Assembly (NCBI RefSeq): GCF_020745735.1
Contig: NC_083435.1
Location: 24,985,231 to 25,049,230 of the forward strand
Length of the DNA stretch: 64,000 nucleotides
Reading direction: 5' to 3'
Origin: Hemiscyllium ocellatum
Taxonomy: Eukaryota
This document shows positions 37,221 to 50,888 of the stretch, one piece after another. The notes under the pieces were generated by a model, which had not been told where the DNA came from, made no database searches, and saw nothing but the letters and a program-made list of their open reading frames with translations. The position numbers and the translations under genes were made by a program. Numbering within the stretch: the first letter of the stretch is position 1; every line of letters begins with the position of its first letter.

Positions 37221-40200
37221 CCCTGTGTGACCATCTATTGGCTCTTGCCTGAAACAAAGTCTCAACTTCACACTGAGCGCATGCATCACGTTGTTTGGTA
37301 CTACTACCATGTTAAATGGAGTAGAGTTCGACCAGGTGAAGAAATTCAGGGCTCAGTTTCTCTGAGATGCTGTACACCATCTGCCGCAGCAGAATTGTAC
37401 TGGAACACAATGTGCCACCTCAAGGCCTGGAATTTCCATTTCTCGGCCATTACCAGAAAGCCAGGGATACGTCCTGATTCAAGGAAGTATTCAGGCGTAG
37501 ATGTCTGGGTCAGAACCAGGTATAGCTAAAAACGAGGTGTCAATCTATTTAAGCTATTAACCTGATTACATCTATAGCAGACAGCACAAGTGTGAAGTGA
37601 TAGACAGAGCTGGGTGATTGAACAACCAAGGGATCAGACTGAAGTTCTGTAGTCCTGCTACATCCAACCATGCACGTTGTCACACAATTAACTCACAGGG
37701 GAAGGAGGCTGCATAAATATTCCCGTCCTCAATATGGGGGAGCACAACACATCAATATAACAGTTAAAACTGAAACATTTGATATAATTGTCAACCAGAA
37801 ATGCACAGGGGATGATTCATCATGGCTTCTCCAGAGGTTACCAGCATCACAACTGACTGTCTTCAGCCTTTGATTCACTCAATGTGTTATCAAGAAAGAG
37901 ATGAAAGCACTAGATACTGCGAAGGATCTGTCCGCTGATATTTCGACACTAGTACTGAAGATATGTGCTACAGGATTTGCCACACTCCTAGCTGAGCTGT
38001 TCCAGTACAATAGGAATATTGACACGTCCTCAACAATATACTGTGACATGCCGTGTTTTTAAAACCCAGGACATAACTAACCCAACCAAGTATCCTTCCA
38101 TCACTCTAATCTTAGTCATCAGTGTTATCAAACAGCACTTGCGTAATCGTTGAACATTGCCTTCTAACCACTTTGTTTTGACACCTTTCCTCTTGGGGCT
38201 GGTGGCCTACTATAGGTTCAACCACATTCTATTCAGAAAATCAAGTGTGCACCAATAAAACTTCTTCTGGCAATCATTCGATCTCGAGTTCCTTTATCAG
38301 TTAATGTAATGCTGGTGTTATTTATTAAATACTGTTGGTCAACTCTATGAATAAAGTGGCCCATTATATCTAGTCAAGAATGCGTACGTGATATTGTCTG
38401 TACTTTGGACACGTAGACCAGTTTATGTATTAAAACACTCTTGTCAGTAAGGTGGACAAGAGATTTAAAACACTTTACCCATGCACTCTTGTCGGTGAGG
38501 TGGACAAAGAGACACATAACTTGGTTTGCAGTTCAACTCAATTTTAATAACAAAATATTTCTTATTAACAGCATGTGAGCATTCCCCATATCACCACAAT
38601 ATTTACTCTCTCTCAAGTTGTAGCTGTTTGAAAAAGGATATTCCTGCAACAATCCTCGAGATTGAGCTGGGCCGTTGTAATTTCCATCCTGTCTGATAAA
38701 GGGCACGCTCTGTTCCATGAAGGTGGGCCTCACAGTTAAGGTTAGATCTTCAATTGGGTCTTCTTCGGTTGCCTCATGGTCTCCTGCCCCGAGTCTTGCT
38801 ATGAGCCTTTATTTCCTACAAAGTCTATGCGACTTTCAAATAATATATGTTGTTATTCAAAAGTATTCTGTGGCCAATGTTACAAAAACTGAATATTCTT
38901 TCCAGTTATTATGTAACAACACGAAAAAGGTTTAAGAAAACTACTTAGATCACGGGATCTGTGGAATTTGTGGAGATTGCTGGGAAATAGATTTTTAATT
39001 CTTCAGATATCGGCATTCTCATTCAGGGACCAGATTCAATGGTTACCATTACAATTTTCGACTTGGCTGAAAATTTGTTTAACACCTCACCAACAGCATA
39101 ATCAAACGAACACGAGACTGAGACTTTGTCTGATTTCAAAATGTTGAAAAAGCATTTTGTTAAATTGAAATAAATTTATTTCAGAAATATATAAGTGGGT
39201 GGGTGCCTGGGTCAGGGAATGGACGGATGGATGTTGGATGAACAGAAGATGGATTGGTGGATAGATGGGTAAGTGGAAGGGTAAATCAATTAATGAATAG
39301 TTCGATAGATAGACAAGTGGATATATTGATATCTTTTAATGTTTGATTAAATTTGCATATTTCAATGTTTGATTAAATTTGCAATGGTGAACATTCGACA
39401 TGTTTCCTCGCATTGTATCAGAATGGAGGTCGAGAGATAAAGACTTAACTCGAGCCCTGTTAACTTGACGTCAATGGAAATATGTCGGAATGTATTTTAA
39501 AAAAGACTACTTCATAGGTAGAAAATAATGATCAGATTGTATAGAGTCTTCATGGATGTATGAAAGCGAAATATGGTCGACCAAATTTAAAAGACTTGTT
39601 GCCTTTAACTGGTGTTCCACCTGGCAAATCTACCCCTGCTATTTTCAGAATCGGCACAAAAGTTAAAGGTTTTGAAAAGGTCATAACGTTTCCCCAGTGT
39701 CACTGACCTTCGGACCGATATTGATAGAAAACACTAACCAGATTTCTGAACTGAATAATAATCATTATTTATTACAAATAAATAGATTGTAGCTGTGGGT
39801 AACAATTTAAAATAAAGCCGTTGGAATGTACCACTAATAAAAACGCTAATCCTGTTCATAAGTCATTGAAAGTTAGCATGCAGATGCAGCAGCAAGAGAC
39901 TCTGAAAACAAAAAAAAAAGTTACCCTTTATCACGAGAAGAGATTGAGCACAGACCTAAGTTCAGTTATAAAGAACACTGATGAGACTGCCACTGGAGTA
40001 TTGTGGGTGGATATTGTCCTCAACCTTGTGGGTAGACAGAGCTGCCCTGGAGGGGAAAGCAGGAAAGGTTTAGCAAACTGACTTCTGGGGTGGTGGAAAG
40101 ATCCTGTGATGACTGATGGGGCGACAGAGCCTGTATTCTATGCAGTTTAGAAAAATGAGAGGCAACCTCATTAAAACATATGAAGTTATTCAACAGATTT

Positions 40201-40479
40201 ACAGAATAAATGGGGAAAGGACGTTTAGCATGGGAGTCTAGAGCTGAGGGACACCATCTCAATACAAAAGTGAAGCCATATTGAACTGTGTGCAGAAGAG
40301 CTTTCTCACACAGAGGATAGCGAATCTATGGGGTTCTGTACTTCACAGGGTTCTGAAACCTCAGCCATTAAGTTAGTTCAAGACAGAGGTTGATAAATTT
40401 CGATTTTCTAATGGCGGGGATAGTGAGGAATTATGGCAATTCAATGGATGCTCAACCATGACCTCCCCAAAACGTCCAA

Positions 40480-43140
40480 ATTATATTATTAGTCAAGGGT
40501 AATATTATGGTAGCAGAAAGGACATTTGAGGACTGAGATAGTGTGGGCTGAGGTTAGAAACAGGAAAGGAGAGGTCACCCTGTCAGGAATTTTCTCCAGG
40601 CTTCCGAATATTTCCAGAGATTTAGAGGAAACAACAGCAAAGATATTTCTGGATGGAAGTGAGAGTAACACGATAGTTGTTATGGGGACTTTAGCTTTCC
40701 AAATATAGATGGAAATAGCGTAATTTGAGTACTTTAGATGGGGCAGTATTTGTCCCATGTGTGCAGGATGGTTCCTGCAAAAGGGGGCGAGGTCAAGTTG
40801 CATTTGGTACTAGGTAATGAATCCGGTCAGGTGTTAGATTTGAAGGTTGGTGAGCACTTTGGTGATAGTGATCATAATTTGGTTATGTTTATGTCAGCAA
40901 AGGAAAGGGATAGGTATATAATGCAAGGCAAGAGTTATTGCTGGAGGAAAGGCAATTATGATGCGTTAGGATTTAGGATGCATAGGATGGGGAAGGAAAC
41001 TTCAGGGGTAGGCGCAATTGAAACGTGGAGCTTATTCAAGGAACAGCTACTGCTTGTCCTTGATAAGTATGTACCTGGCAGGCAGAGAGGAAGTTGTCGA
41101 GTGAGGGAGCCGTGGTTTACTAAAGAAGTTAAATCTCTTGCCAAGCTGAAGTAGGCCTATGTTAGGATGAGATGTGAAGGCTCAGCTCGGGTGCTTGAGA
41201 GTTACAAGTTAACCAGGTACGATCTAGAGAGAGAGCTAAGAAGAGCCAGGAGGGTACATGAGAAGTTGTTGACAGGAAGGGTGAAGGAAAACAATAAAGC
41301 TTTCTATAGATATGTGAGGAACAAAAGAATGACTAGCAGAAGATTAGGGCTAAACAAGGATAATCGTGAGAAGTTGTGTGCAGAATCCAAGGAGATAGGG
41401 ACATGCTAAGTGAATATTTTTCGTCCGTATTCACGCTGGAAAAAAATAATGTTGTCGAGGAAAATACTCAGATAAAAGCTACCAGAGTAGACAGGATTGA
41501 TGTTCACAAGGAGGAGACATTAACAATTCTGGAAAGTGTGAAAATAGGTAAGGTCCCTGGGCCAGTTGGGATACATCCCAGGATTATTGGAAAGTCAGCG
41601 AGAGAACTGCAAATCCTTTGGCTTTGATCTTTATGTCGTCATTGTCTACAGGAATAGGGATAGAAACTGGAGGATAGCAAATGTTGTCCTCTTGTTCAAG
41701 AAGGGGAGGAAAGACAACCATGTGAATTTTAGACCAGTGAGCCTTACTTCAGTTGTGGGTAAAGTGTTGGAGAAAGGTATAAGAGATTAGATTTATAATC
41801 ATCTCGATAGGAATAAGTTGATTAGGGATTGTCAACACGGCTTTGGAAGAATAGGGTATGCCTCACAAGCCTTATTGAGTTCTTTGAGATGGTGACCAAA
41901 CAGGTGGATGAGGGTAAAGTGGTTGATGTGGTGCATATGGATTTCAATAAGGCATTTGATAAGGTTCCCCATGATAAGCTATTGCACAAAATACAGAGGC
42001 ATGGGATTGAGGGTGATTTAGCAGCTTGGATCAGAAGTTTGTTGGTGAAAGAAGATAGAGTATGGTGATTGATGGGAAATGTTCATCCTGGAGTAGAGTT
42101 ACGAGTAGTGTACCATAGGGATCTGTTTTGGGGCCACTTTTGTTTGCCATGTTTATAAATGGCCTAAATGAGGGTGTAGAAGGATGGGTTAGTATTCTTC
42201 ATGAAGAGCTTTTGTCCAAAACGCCGATTTTCCTGCTCCTCGGATGCTGCCTGACCTGCTGTGTTATTCCAGCACCATTCTGATCTAAACTCTGGCTTCC
42301 AGTATCTGCAGTCCTCACTTTTGCCTTAGTAACTTTGCAGATGACACTACAGTTGGTGGAGTTGTGGATAGTGCTGAAAGATGTTGCGGATGACAGAGGG
42401 ACATTGATAAGCTGCAGAGCTGGGCTGAGAGGAGGCAAATTGAGTCGAATGCATAAAAATGTGAGCAACAGGAATACAGAGATCTCTGTGTCCATGTCCC
42501 AAACGTTGCCACCCAGTTTATAGGGTTGTTAAGATGGCATATGGTGCGATAGCTTTTATTGGGAGAGGGATTGAGTTTCGGAGGCATAAGGTCATGCTGC
42601 AGCTGTACAAAACTCTGGTGCAGCCACTCTTAGAATATTGCGTACAGTTCTGGTCACTGCGTTATAGAAAGGATGTGGACGTTTTGGAAAGGGTTCAGTG
42701 GGATTTACTAGGATGTTGGCTGGTATGGAGGAAAGGTCTGATGAGGAAAGGTTGAGGGACTTGAGGTTGTTTTTGAGAGAAGGTTGAAAGGTGAAATGAT
42801 TGAGACATACAAGATAATCAGAGGGTTACAGTGAGAATCTTTTTCCTCAGATGGTGATGGCTAGCACGAGGGGACATAACTTTACATTGGAGGGTGATAG
42901 ATATAGGACAGATGTCAGAGGTAGTTTCTTTACTCAAAGCGTAGTAGGGACGTAGAATGCACTGCCTGTAACAGTAGTAGTTTCACCATTTTGAGGATGT
43001 TTGAATGGTCATTGGATAAACATATGGATGAAAATGGAATAGCATCGGATAGATGGGCTTCAGATTGGTACCACAGGTTGGCGCCACATCGAGAGCGGAA
43101 CGGCCTGTACTGTGCTGTAATGTTGTATGTTCTATTCTGT
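40480..43140 (+). mobile_element. Long degraded CR1 ORF2 (endonuclease end, RT, tail) with a nested Penelope-derived insert at ~42198-42325
   Basis: EHFGDSDHN, NFRPVSLTSVVGK and HMDFNKAFDKVPH. The insert splits ttagta|aatttgcagatgac with ttagta duplicated. Confidence 0.88.
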
Positions 43141-43383
43141 CAGTGCAAGCTCAAGGGGCTAAATGCTTTATACTGCTCGTATGATCAATAGATATATAAT
43201 CAGTCAGACAGACAGATAGATAGAGAGATAGATAGATAGATATGTTGAATTGCACACCTTTAAAACATACAATCATTTTATAACATTGGAGTTAAAAATG
43301 TTGAGTGAATTCCAATTTGCTCCCATAATTCCACAAATTGACACTTAACCTTCTCTTGTTCTTATCTTCAGACATACTGGTTT

Positions 43384-43440
43384 TCACTTTTTCTCATTGA
43401 ATTTTAATGCACAGTATTGTAAATTATCCTCTGCATTTGT
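43384..43440 (-). CDS. Gene C terminal coding exon with ITIM 2
   Basis: Acceptor tattttactcttctcaaacag|, phase 0; TNAEDNLQYCALKFNEKK*; LxYxxL. Confidence 0.75.
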   Translation of the reverse strand, partial: TNAEDNLQYCALKFNEKK

Positions 43441-44033
43441 CTGTTTGAGAAGAGTAAAATATGAACACAATTAGGATCACATATTATTTCGACAATATAT
43501 GTTACTTGAGCTACACTTCAATGTGGGTTTTTAAAAATATATTGAAGATACTATGGCATGTTTCCTGTCCGGTTGCTTTTTGGTATATATTTTTCCCTCA
43601 TGCTACTGTCAGTCTTTAGAATTGAAACTTGAAATTAGATAACTTGCAATTAATCAGTTACCACTAACGATACATTTACGTCGTTCAATTAGTTGGTCAG
43701 TGAACTTGATCTCTATGTTCCATAGCAGAACTGTATGCATCAGCCAACAATGGGTTGCATCATGGGCAATTTAGTAATTCAGTATCTTAGAATCATATTA
43801 ATATATAAAGGGGTAATAACGGTTTTAAACAGTCCATGTAATGGATCTGATGGATTTTTCAGTGTGATTTCTAATATCAGTATTAATAATATGAAGGATA
43901 AGTGGATAGACCAATGCACCATAAGATACAAAATTTGAATGTAGTGCTTCCTTATTGCATAATGTACATGTATAACTCTGCATTATCAGGTTAGTTAACA
44001 TGAATATAAATCTTTCCACAAACTGCATGCTAC

Positions 44034-44111
44034 CTTGTCTTTCTCTGTAGATGTTCGCTCTGTTTCTTTAAAGTCTAGTGCACAATATTGCACCTTATCT
44101 TCCTCACTTCC
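44034..44111 (-). CDS. Gene C cytoplasmic exon with ITIM 1
   Basis: Acceptor tattctatttctgttcaaccag| and donor AAG|gtagca; 78 nt, phase 0-0; GSEEDKVQYCALDFKETERTSTEKDK; VxYxxL. Confidence 0.8.
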
Positions 44112-45459
44112 CTGGTTGAACAGAAATAGAATACATTACTGAATATATCAAGTAGAGAAAAATGCTTAGAAGTGTTGATACAAAATAATCGAACAATAGA
44201 TAAATATTAATCATGCTTTCAGAGTAGATGCAAGTCCTTTTCTGTTTCCTCTGCCAGTTGTTTTTAGTCAGCATTTTCAGTCAAGAATTGACACCCTCCA
44301 GTTGAGAAATTGTCGACATGCATGTTTATAGCACTATTAAGTAAACTCGATTACTAACTTGAAGAAGAGAAATGTATTAACTTCTTAACTGACTATCATC
44401 GTAGGCAAAATACCTTTTTGATATTAGTGTATTAAATGACAATAATACTAAATGACAATAATATGTAAAATGTTTCATTTGAATAGCTCTAAGTTGATTT
44501 ATGACTGAGTTGTACTGTTGATAATATTTTAAGTCTATATATATGCAGATGTTAAAAAGGTTATTTGAAGAAGGAATAAATGACAACAGAGTGAATCTCA
44601 GCAATTTTCAAATTAATCTGCTCAGAGATGTTAATCTATACCTCTGGAGGAAGAGGGACCTGAACTGAGGCCTCCTAGTACCGAGGTTGGGACACTATCG
44701 CGGCATGCCAAAAGACCTTGAGGTCAGGGGACTCAAGGCTGTTCTTTTTGCTGCTCTCAGATGAGATACTGAAATGGTTCTACACATAACTTAAGTACTC
44801 ATTGGCTAGAACAGCGAAAACAAGCCACAGTAACTTTCAAAACTGGAATGAAAGGATCACCAAGGACGGGATTTACTCTGAGTCCAATGCATCAGAATCT
44901 GATAGTGCTATAGAGACCATTGAATCTGAAGTTGGGCGTTGCAGGGTTTTATTGCAACCATCTGAGTACTAGGGATCCATCTGAGTACTTGGGAACTATA
45001 ATTAGGGGTGTGTTAATATATTCCTAAATTTTAAAAATCTGCAATTCGTTAATGGTTCAAGATCAGAAAGGAACGTGAAGAAGAATCTAGGTCAATATTA
45101 GCTTTTAATTCCCATTTGTAAAATGTGAGGTAATTGCTTGTTTTTCAAACGAACATAATAAAAACTAAACTTATAATCAATTGCGTGATGTGATGATATA
45201 GCAGTGATGTGCAACATGATCTAAATGATTCATAAGATAATGAACAATGTGAGTATTTCCGATGGGAAAACAATGGTATGGAAGGAAAGCATTTTATTAA
45301 TTATGATGTTGCTCAAGCCATTGATACTCTTAGACAGATTTGGATATCTGCACAGAATAGTACTGCTCAAAGTGAGGGAATTATATAAGTTATAGATGAT
45401 GATACGCTAAAGTCCTGAAACTCCCTCCCTAACAACCTCTCAAACAACCACATGGCTCT

Positions 45460-46770
45460 CCCTGAACAGTGGTAAGGAATCTTTTGAAGGCAATTCTCAA
45501 AGAGGAAACTAAATTCCACTCAGACAGACAAGGCTTGACCAGGGATAGTCATCATGGCTTTATCAGAGGGATGTACTCACTAACAAATTTGAACAAAATT
45601 TTCAAGAAGGTGACCAGGTGTGTAGACGATGATGGTGTAGTTGGTATCATTTGTACGTATTTTAGCAAAGCGTTTGGCAAGGTACGATGTAGGACAGGTA
45701 GAGAACGTAAAGGTACATAGGATTCACGGTGACTTAGAAAGTTAGATCGAGAATTAGCTCAGTGGTAGGAGCTACAGGGTAGTGGGAGAAAGCTGCTTGT
45801 GCAGTTGAAGGCCTGTCGCGTGCGATATACCAAAGGATTAATAAATGAAACATCTATTGCTCATGATACATACAATTAAAATAGAAGAAATATGTTAGGG
45901 ATGGGGGCTTAAGATAAGTAAGTCTGCAGATGATGCACAGGTTGACCAGTTGATTGACAGTGAGGAAGACTATCCCAGCTTGTGGGAGGGTATAGACGAT
46001 TGGTCAAGTGGGTAGATCAGCACCAGATGGAATTTAACCCGGATAAATGTGAGTTGATGTAGATCAGAACAAATAAAAAGACAAGGGAGTACTCATTGAA
46101 TGGCAGGACACTGGGAAGCTCACATGAATGGTGTGGTTCTTGGCCACAGGTCCCTGAAGGTAGTAGGGCGGGTTAATAGGTTAGGTAAGAAAGTATACAG
46201 GGCATTTACATCAGTCATGCCATAGATTATAAGAACAGGGAGGATATGTTGGAGCTATACAAGAATTTGGTTAGGAGACAGTGTACAGTCCTGGGTCACT
46301 ATAGAAATGATGTCATTATAATCATTGAGAAGAATCACTGAAATGTTGTCTAAGATGGAGCAGTTTGATCACAAAGAGAAACTGAATAAACTCGCAAGAT
46401 AAGTGCAGGCTGAGAGAGGACATTATTGATGTGTTAAAGATTATCAGGCACGTGGACAGGGCTGATAGAAAGCAACTAGTCTCTTTATTTGTAAGGTTAG
46501 CAATAAAGGGCTATAATTTTAAGGTAAAAGGCAGGAGATTTAGAAATGATTTGTGGAAGTCAAAATTTACCCAAACGGTGTTAGGAATCTGGAATGAAAT
46601 GCCCGGGAGAGAAATTGACGCAGGAATCCTCATAGCCTTTCGAAATAAGCACTTGAAATGTTATAACTTTGGTGAGCCAAGTGCTGGAAAGTGGGACTTG
46701 TGTGGATTGAGAGTAGTTTTTGCCAGTGGAGTCGTGAGCCCCTCTCTGGACTGTATGGTTCTATGATTTG
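45460..46770 (+). mobile_element. Degraded CR1 RT and 3' fragment
   Basis: HGFIRG..LTNL, YFSKAFGKV and KFTQTVLGIWN remnants. Confidence 0.75.
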
Positions 46771-46975
46771 ACCACAATAGCTGCAGCAGTTCAGGAAGGT
46801 AGCTCATCACCACCTTCTCAAGGGCAAAAATGAGGGAGCAATAAATACTGGCCTCAACCATCCAATGAATAATTCAAGAGAAATGTGATTTGAATTGATG
46901 TTAGAATGAAATACAGACTTCAGGCCTGTGTTGCGTTTCAACCACCAACTCTGTTTATCGGTATTATCTACTCAC

Positions 46976-47095
46976 TGATAAGTTTACTTTTGCTGCCTGC
47001 ATAATAAATCTATGAGCACTCAAGCCAACGTTTGAATAATCGTTTTGGATTTGCAGCTTTTCCACATCAGCTATTAGCCAACCGGTATCACAGCG
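46976..47095 (-). CDS. Gene C optional or cryptic cytoplasmic exon
   Basis: Acceptor gttgtatctcttcag| and donor TCA|gtgagt; 120 nt, open only in phase 0: RCDTGWLIADVEKLQIQNDYSNVGLSAHRFIMQAAKVNLS. The upstream intron would have been 45 nt before a TE insertion, and the model stays in frame without this exon. Confidence 0.35.
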
Positions 47096-47129
47096 CTGAA
47101 GAGATACAACCAAGCTCGGTTATTCTGAG

Positions 47130-47321
47130 TTAAAAATCACACAACACCAGGTTAGAGTCCAACAGGTTTAATCGGAAGCAGTAGCTTCACATCAGGTGGT
47201 TGTGGGTTGGTCTCATGAAGGAGCGTCACTCCGAAACCTAGTGCTTCTGTTGGACTATAACCTGGTGTTGTGTGGTTTTTAACTATTTCTACCCCAGTCC
47301 AACACCGGCATCTCCAAATCA
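47130..47321. mobile_element. Fold-back Penelope-derived element (AGCU family) with an 11-bp TSD
   Basis: TSD gttattctgag at 47119-47129 and 47322-47332; palindrome plus one-sided tail ..catctccaaatca; hammerhead cores decayed. Confidence 0.85.
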
Positions 47322-47343
47322 GTTATTCTGAGATGTTATGTAC

Positions 47344-47384
47344 CTGATCCTCAGCTCTGTGCGATGATCTTCTGTGGGATTTCT
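47344..47384 (-). CDS. Gene C first cytoplasmic exon
   Basis: Acceptor tttttttttctccctgtacag| and donor CAG|gtacat; 41 nt, phase 1 to 0; (E)KSHRRSSHRAEDQ. Confidence 0.7.
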
Positions 47385-48378
47385 CTGTACAGGGAGAAAA
47401 AAAATATCAGAAACGTCAATGGCAGCTCAACATTCCCAAGGTTTAATTTCCACCCTTTAATTCCCCTGCTCCGAATTTACGCCTTTAACTCATCTCCACC
47501 TGAACTATTCTATTAAACGCGTGCATTATCACACAACATAAAAGTCGACTGCAATAAGTCTGAGGTAGTTGTAGCTTTTTTAGCTTCGGAAGGGGAGGCA
47601 AAGTTGGGAGATGTTTGTATGCAGCTCAGTAAATCATAATTAATTTGTATTGCAGTCCATCCACACATGCTTTGTTTTCGTTCTTGCTAGAATAGTTAAA
47701 CGGTAACATGTGTGCCAAGTTTGGTGGGAGAGTCGACCTGATTGGAGCATTGACTGACGGAGTTGCTGTGAGACGCAGGATGCGAGGGCAAAGAGGGCAG
47801 TCGGGCCCGAAACTTGTAGACGAATTGTAGGAAGCAGTTACAGTTAGCTATCGTTGTTAATTGGGGTTAAAAATTCGAAACGTGACAAAAATAACATTTT
47901 CCTTTCCCGAGGAGGAGCGAGAGCGGTGCTTGGAACAAGGGTTGGCAGTCTCAGTGTACAGAATAGCACCTGTTGGGCTGAGACGAGGGGAACGAGAATC
48001 TTAATGGCACAAGGATGGCGCTGAGATAAAGGATCATCTCCGATGGCATTGGATGGAGCAGCGGGCTCCATGATGAGTGGCCGACTCCTCCTCCTCTTCG
48101 CTCAGTTTCCCTGATTTTACTTCCCTTTCTGAACCCCTGAGGACACTTCAGGTTTGAAACCTGGTCACCGGCTCAAAACAAATATAATCCGCGCCCGAAT
48201 ACAAGGAACCCGGCCCTTTTCCGTCCCCGATCTGTAGCTGTTGAATTTCCACCATGGGAGAGCTGGGAGTTCCAAACATATGACTATTAACATCTCGTCC
48301 GAGCAAGGAGATATGAAAATGCAAGCGACATGACTAGCAGCGTGGAAGGACTGAGATTACCCAATGAATGGTGTGTAC

Positions 48379-48513
48379 CTTTCGTTTCGTTCCGGCAGGA
48401 GATTACGATAATTATCACTGAGAGCAAGGCCAGGAGAAATGCCGCTACCGTTATAAACAGGGCTGTCCATCTCCCCTCGGAAACGATCGGTATGTGATTT
48501 CGGGTCATCGCTG
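48379..48513 (-). CDS. Gene C stalk/transmembrane exon (uncharged TM)
   Basis: Acceptor atttgtttgcttccag| and donor AAAG|gtacac; 135 nt, phase 1-1; AMTRNHIPIVSEGRWTALFITVAAFLLALLSVIIIVISCRNETK. Confidence 0.85.
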
Positions 48514-49680
48514 CTGGAAGCAAACAAATATAATTTATTTCCTTTTCCGCCGAGGCTGCTCTCATACAGTCACGCAGTATGGAAACAGACCCTTCGGTCC
48601 AACTCACCCATGCCCACCAGTTGTCCCAAACTAAACTAGTCCCACGTTGTCAGCCTTTGGCCCATATCCCTCTCCACAATTCCTAGTCATGTACTATTCA
48701 AATGTATTTGCAATGTTGCAAATGTGTCTGCACCTTCCTCTTCCTCTGGCAGCCATTCCGCTATGATCTGTGTGGAAAACGTTGCCCCTCACGCCCCTTT
48801 TTAATCTTTCACCCCTCATCTTAAAATTATCCCGGCGATGTCTTGAGCAGCATTCCATAGAACACAATGCATTTTTTTTATCACCACAGGACGTGTGCGC
48901 CTCTGGCTAGTTTAGTGTCCCATCCCTAACTGGCCAGAAATCAATTAAGAGTCAAACACCTCACTGTGAGTCTGGAGTCACATGTAGGCCAGACCAAGTA
49001 AGGATGGTAGTTTCCTTCCCTAAAGGAGATTAGTGAACCAATTGTTCCATGGCCATCATTGGACCCTTATTCCCAGATTGTTTCTTATTATTGAAATCAG
49101 ATTTCATCAGGAATGAGGAGCCTATGCTGGAAACATCGATTCTCCTGCTCCTCGGATGCGGCCTGACCGGCTGTGCTTTTCCAGCGCCACACGTTTTGAC
49201 TCTGATCTCCAGCATCTGCAGTCCTCACTTTCTCCAAGGTTAACACCAATGTACCAACTGCCGAAGTAACCATCTCTTTTAAGACGGGATGAGCTGGATT
49301 GGGACCCGGAAACGTGTCATTACGCTTCCCTGGTGATTGTAACTCCCCAAAGTGTCTCTCTCTCTCTCTCTCTCTCTCCCTTCTACCTTCCAAACTACAG
49401 TTGTTGGTGCAATGGTTTTTTTGTAGCCGAGATGGAATCAAATAATTTCTCGAGTTGTCAGGCTACAGAAAAACATTTAAGACTTTTGGTCGGAAAAACA
49501 AAAAAAAAATCGCCGTTCATCATACTGTCTGGTTCCTTATGTTTTCAATGGTGAAGTTGTGTCTATCGGACCGTTGTTAGTCTAAGAAAAATAACTGTGA
49601 GGGGGCGTGAGCTAAAAGGCTTATCAATTCGATAATGTTACTATTTCATTGATAAAGATAACAGTGTGCAGCATGCTCAC

Positions 49681-50019
49681 CTGTCACAATAACTGTTGTT
49701 CCTTCTCCATAATATTCACTGTTTGTAATAAATTCCACTCTACAATAATATGTCGCCTGGTCGCTCAGTGTCACCTTTGTTATTTTAATCCAGGCGCCCG
49801 TCATTCCCTCGATCCTCTCCCTGTCTGGCCCAATGACCCGGCCTCTGTATTGTGCTGTGCTGTTGCAAAGCTCAGTTCCTCCTTTCCTGTCCCTGAACCA
49901 CCTGAAGACACTGGGCCCATGAGATCCTTTGTACACACAGTGCATAGCGGCTGTGTTCCCCTCGGTTACATTCATAGATGCTGGGCTTTGAAGAACTTTG
50001 ATGTTCTCAGCGCTCATTG
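49681..50019 (-). CDS. Gene C NKp30-like V(J) exon 2 (membrane-proximal copy)
   Basis: Acceptor tattctttcacag| and donor ACAG|gtgagc; 339 nt, open; canonical C, W, D-x-A-x-YYC and GxGT motifs. Confidence 0.9.
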
Positions 50020-50256
50020 CTGTGAAAGAATAAACAGCATTTCACACCGAAGTCAGACACTAAACGCCGTATTTACGCGCCTGCGTGAAATATTGCTCCT
50101 AAAGTTAATTACTGGAATGTTAACGGGACGGCCACGTGAACTTGTCCAAAGCTCTTACAGAAATTGACACACTAATATTGCTCTCCCACCGTCGTAGTAA
50201 TGTTATCATTTTGTGATGCATTTATAAATCAGGTATAAATACTTTGATGAAGATTA

Positions 50257-50520
50257 TAGACAATAGACAATAGACAATAGGTGCAGGAGTAGGCCATTCA
50301 GCCCTTCGAGCCTGCACCGCCATTCAATATGATCATGGCTGATCATTCCTAATCAGTATCCCGTTCCTGCCTTATCTCCATAACCCTTGATTCCACTATC
50401 CTTGAGAGCTCTATCCAACTCTTTCTTAAATGAATCCAGAGACTGGGCCTCCACGGCCCTCTGGGGCAGAGCATTCCACACAGCCACCACTCTCTGGGTG
50501 AAGAGGTTTCTCCTCATCTC
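50257..50520 (-). mobile_element. CR1 3' fragment inserted in one copy of the V-exon duplication
   Basis: Same subfamily as 9631-9900; absent from the sister copy near 51485. Confidence 0.88.
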
Positions 50521-50888
50521 ATAATGGAAGATAATCGCGCCATTGGGCGAATTCACATTCGAAGATATGAAGCATTGAATTCACCCAGTTTTACTGAACA
50601 TTGAATAATGAATTTCAAAAGTACAATCCTTTCATTGCCAACCCATATTTTTCACTCCGTGATGATATAGATGAAGATACTGTAGTTTATTTCTGTTTTG
50701 AAAGTGCACCAGTTATGAGGATATTATAATCTTTCAGGTTATTATAAACATTACTCTTTGTTCTTAACTTCTCGTGATGCCAATGTCAATTGCCAGTGTC
50801 TATTACCCCAAATGTAGACCTCCAAAATATGATTTTGTGCTCAATCACCTCGATTCTATAATGTACGACTTCATTGTTAAATGCTCAC

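Noticed and set aside
38533-38800. ~90-codon minus open frame with several tyrosines
   Set aside because: No convincing acceptor, no recognisable motif, and it lies beyond the gene C stop codon.
43825-43977. Minus frame with VSYGAL (ITIM-like) after an AG at 43978
   Set aside because: It would need a 56-nt intron with a poor pyrimidine tract; a better exon exists at 43440.
3575-47245. Additional hammerhead-like motifs (~3580, ~9437, ~17212, ~19385, ~29530-29595, ~42200, ~47215)
   Set aside because: Each has substitutions in CUGAUGA, GAAA or helix III, so they are counted as decayed copies rather than ribozymes.
48173-48231. Possible alternative ITIM-less last exon of gene C (DRGRKRAGFLVFGRGLYLF*)
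   Set aside because: The acceptor lacks a pyrimidine tract and there is no other support.
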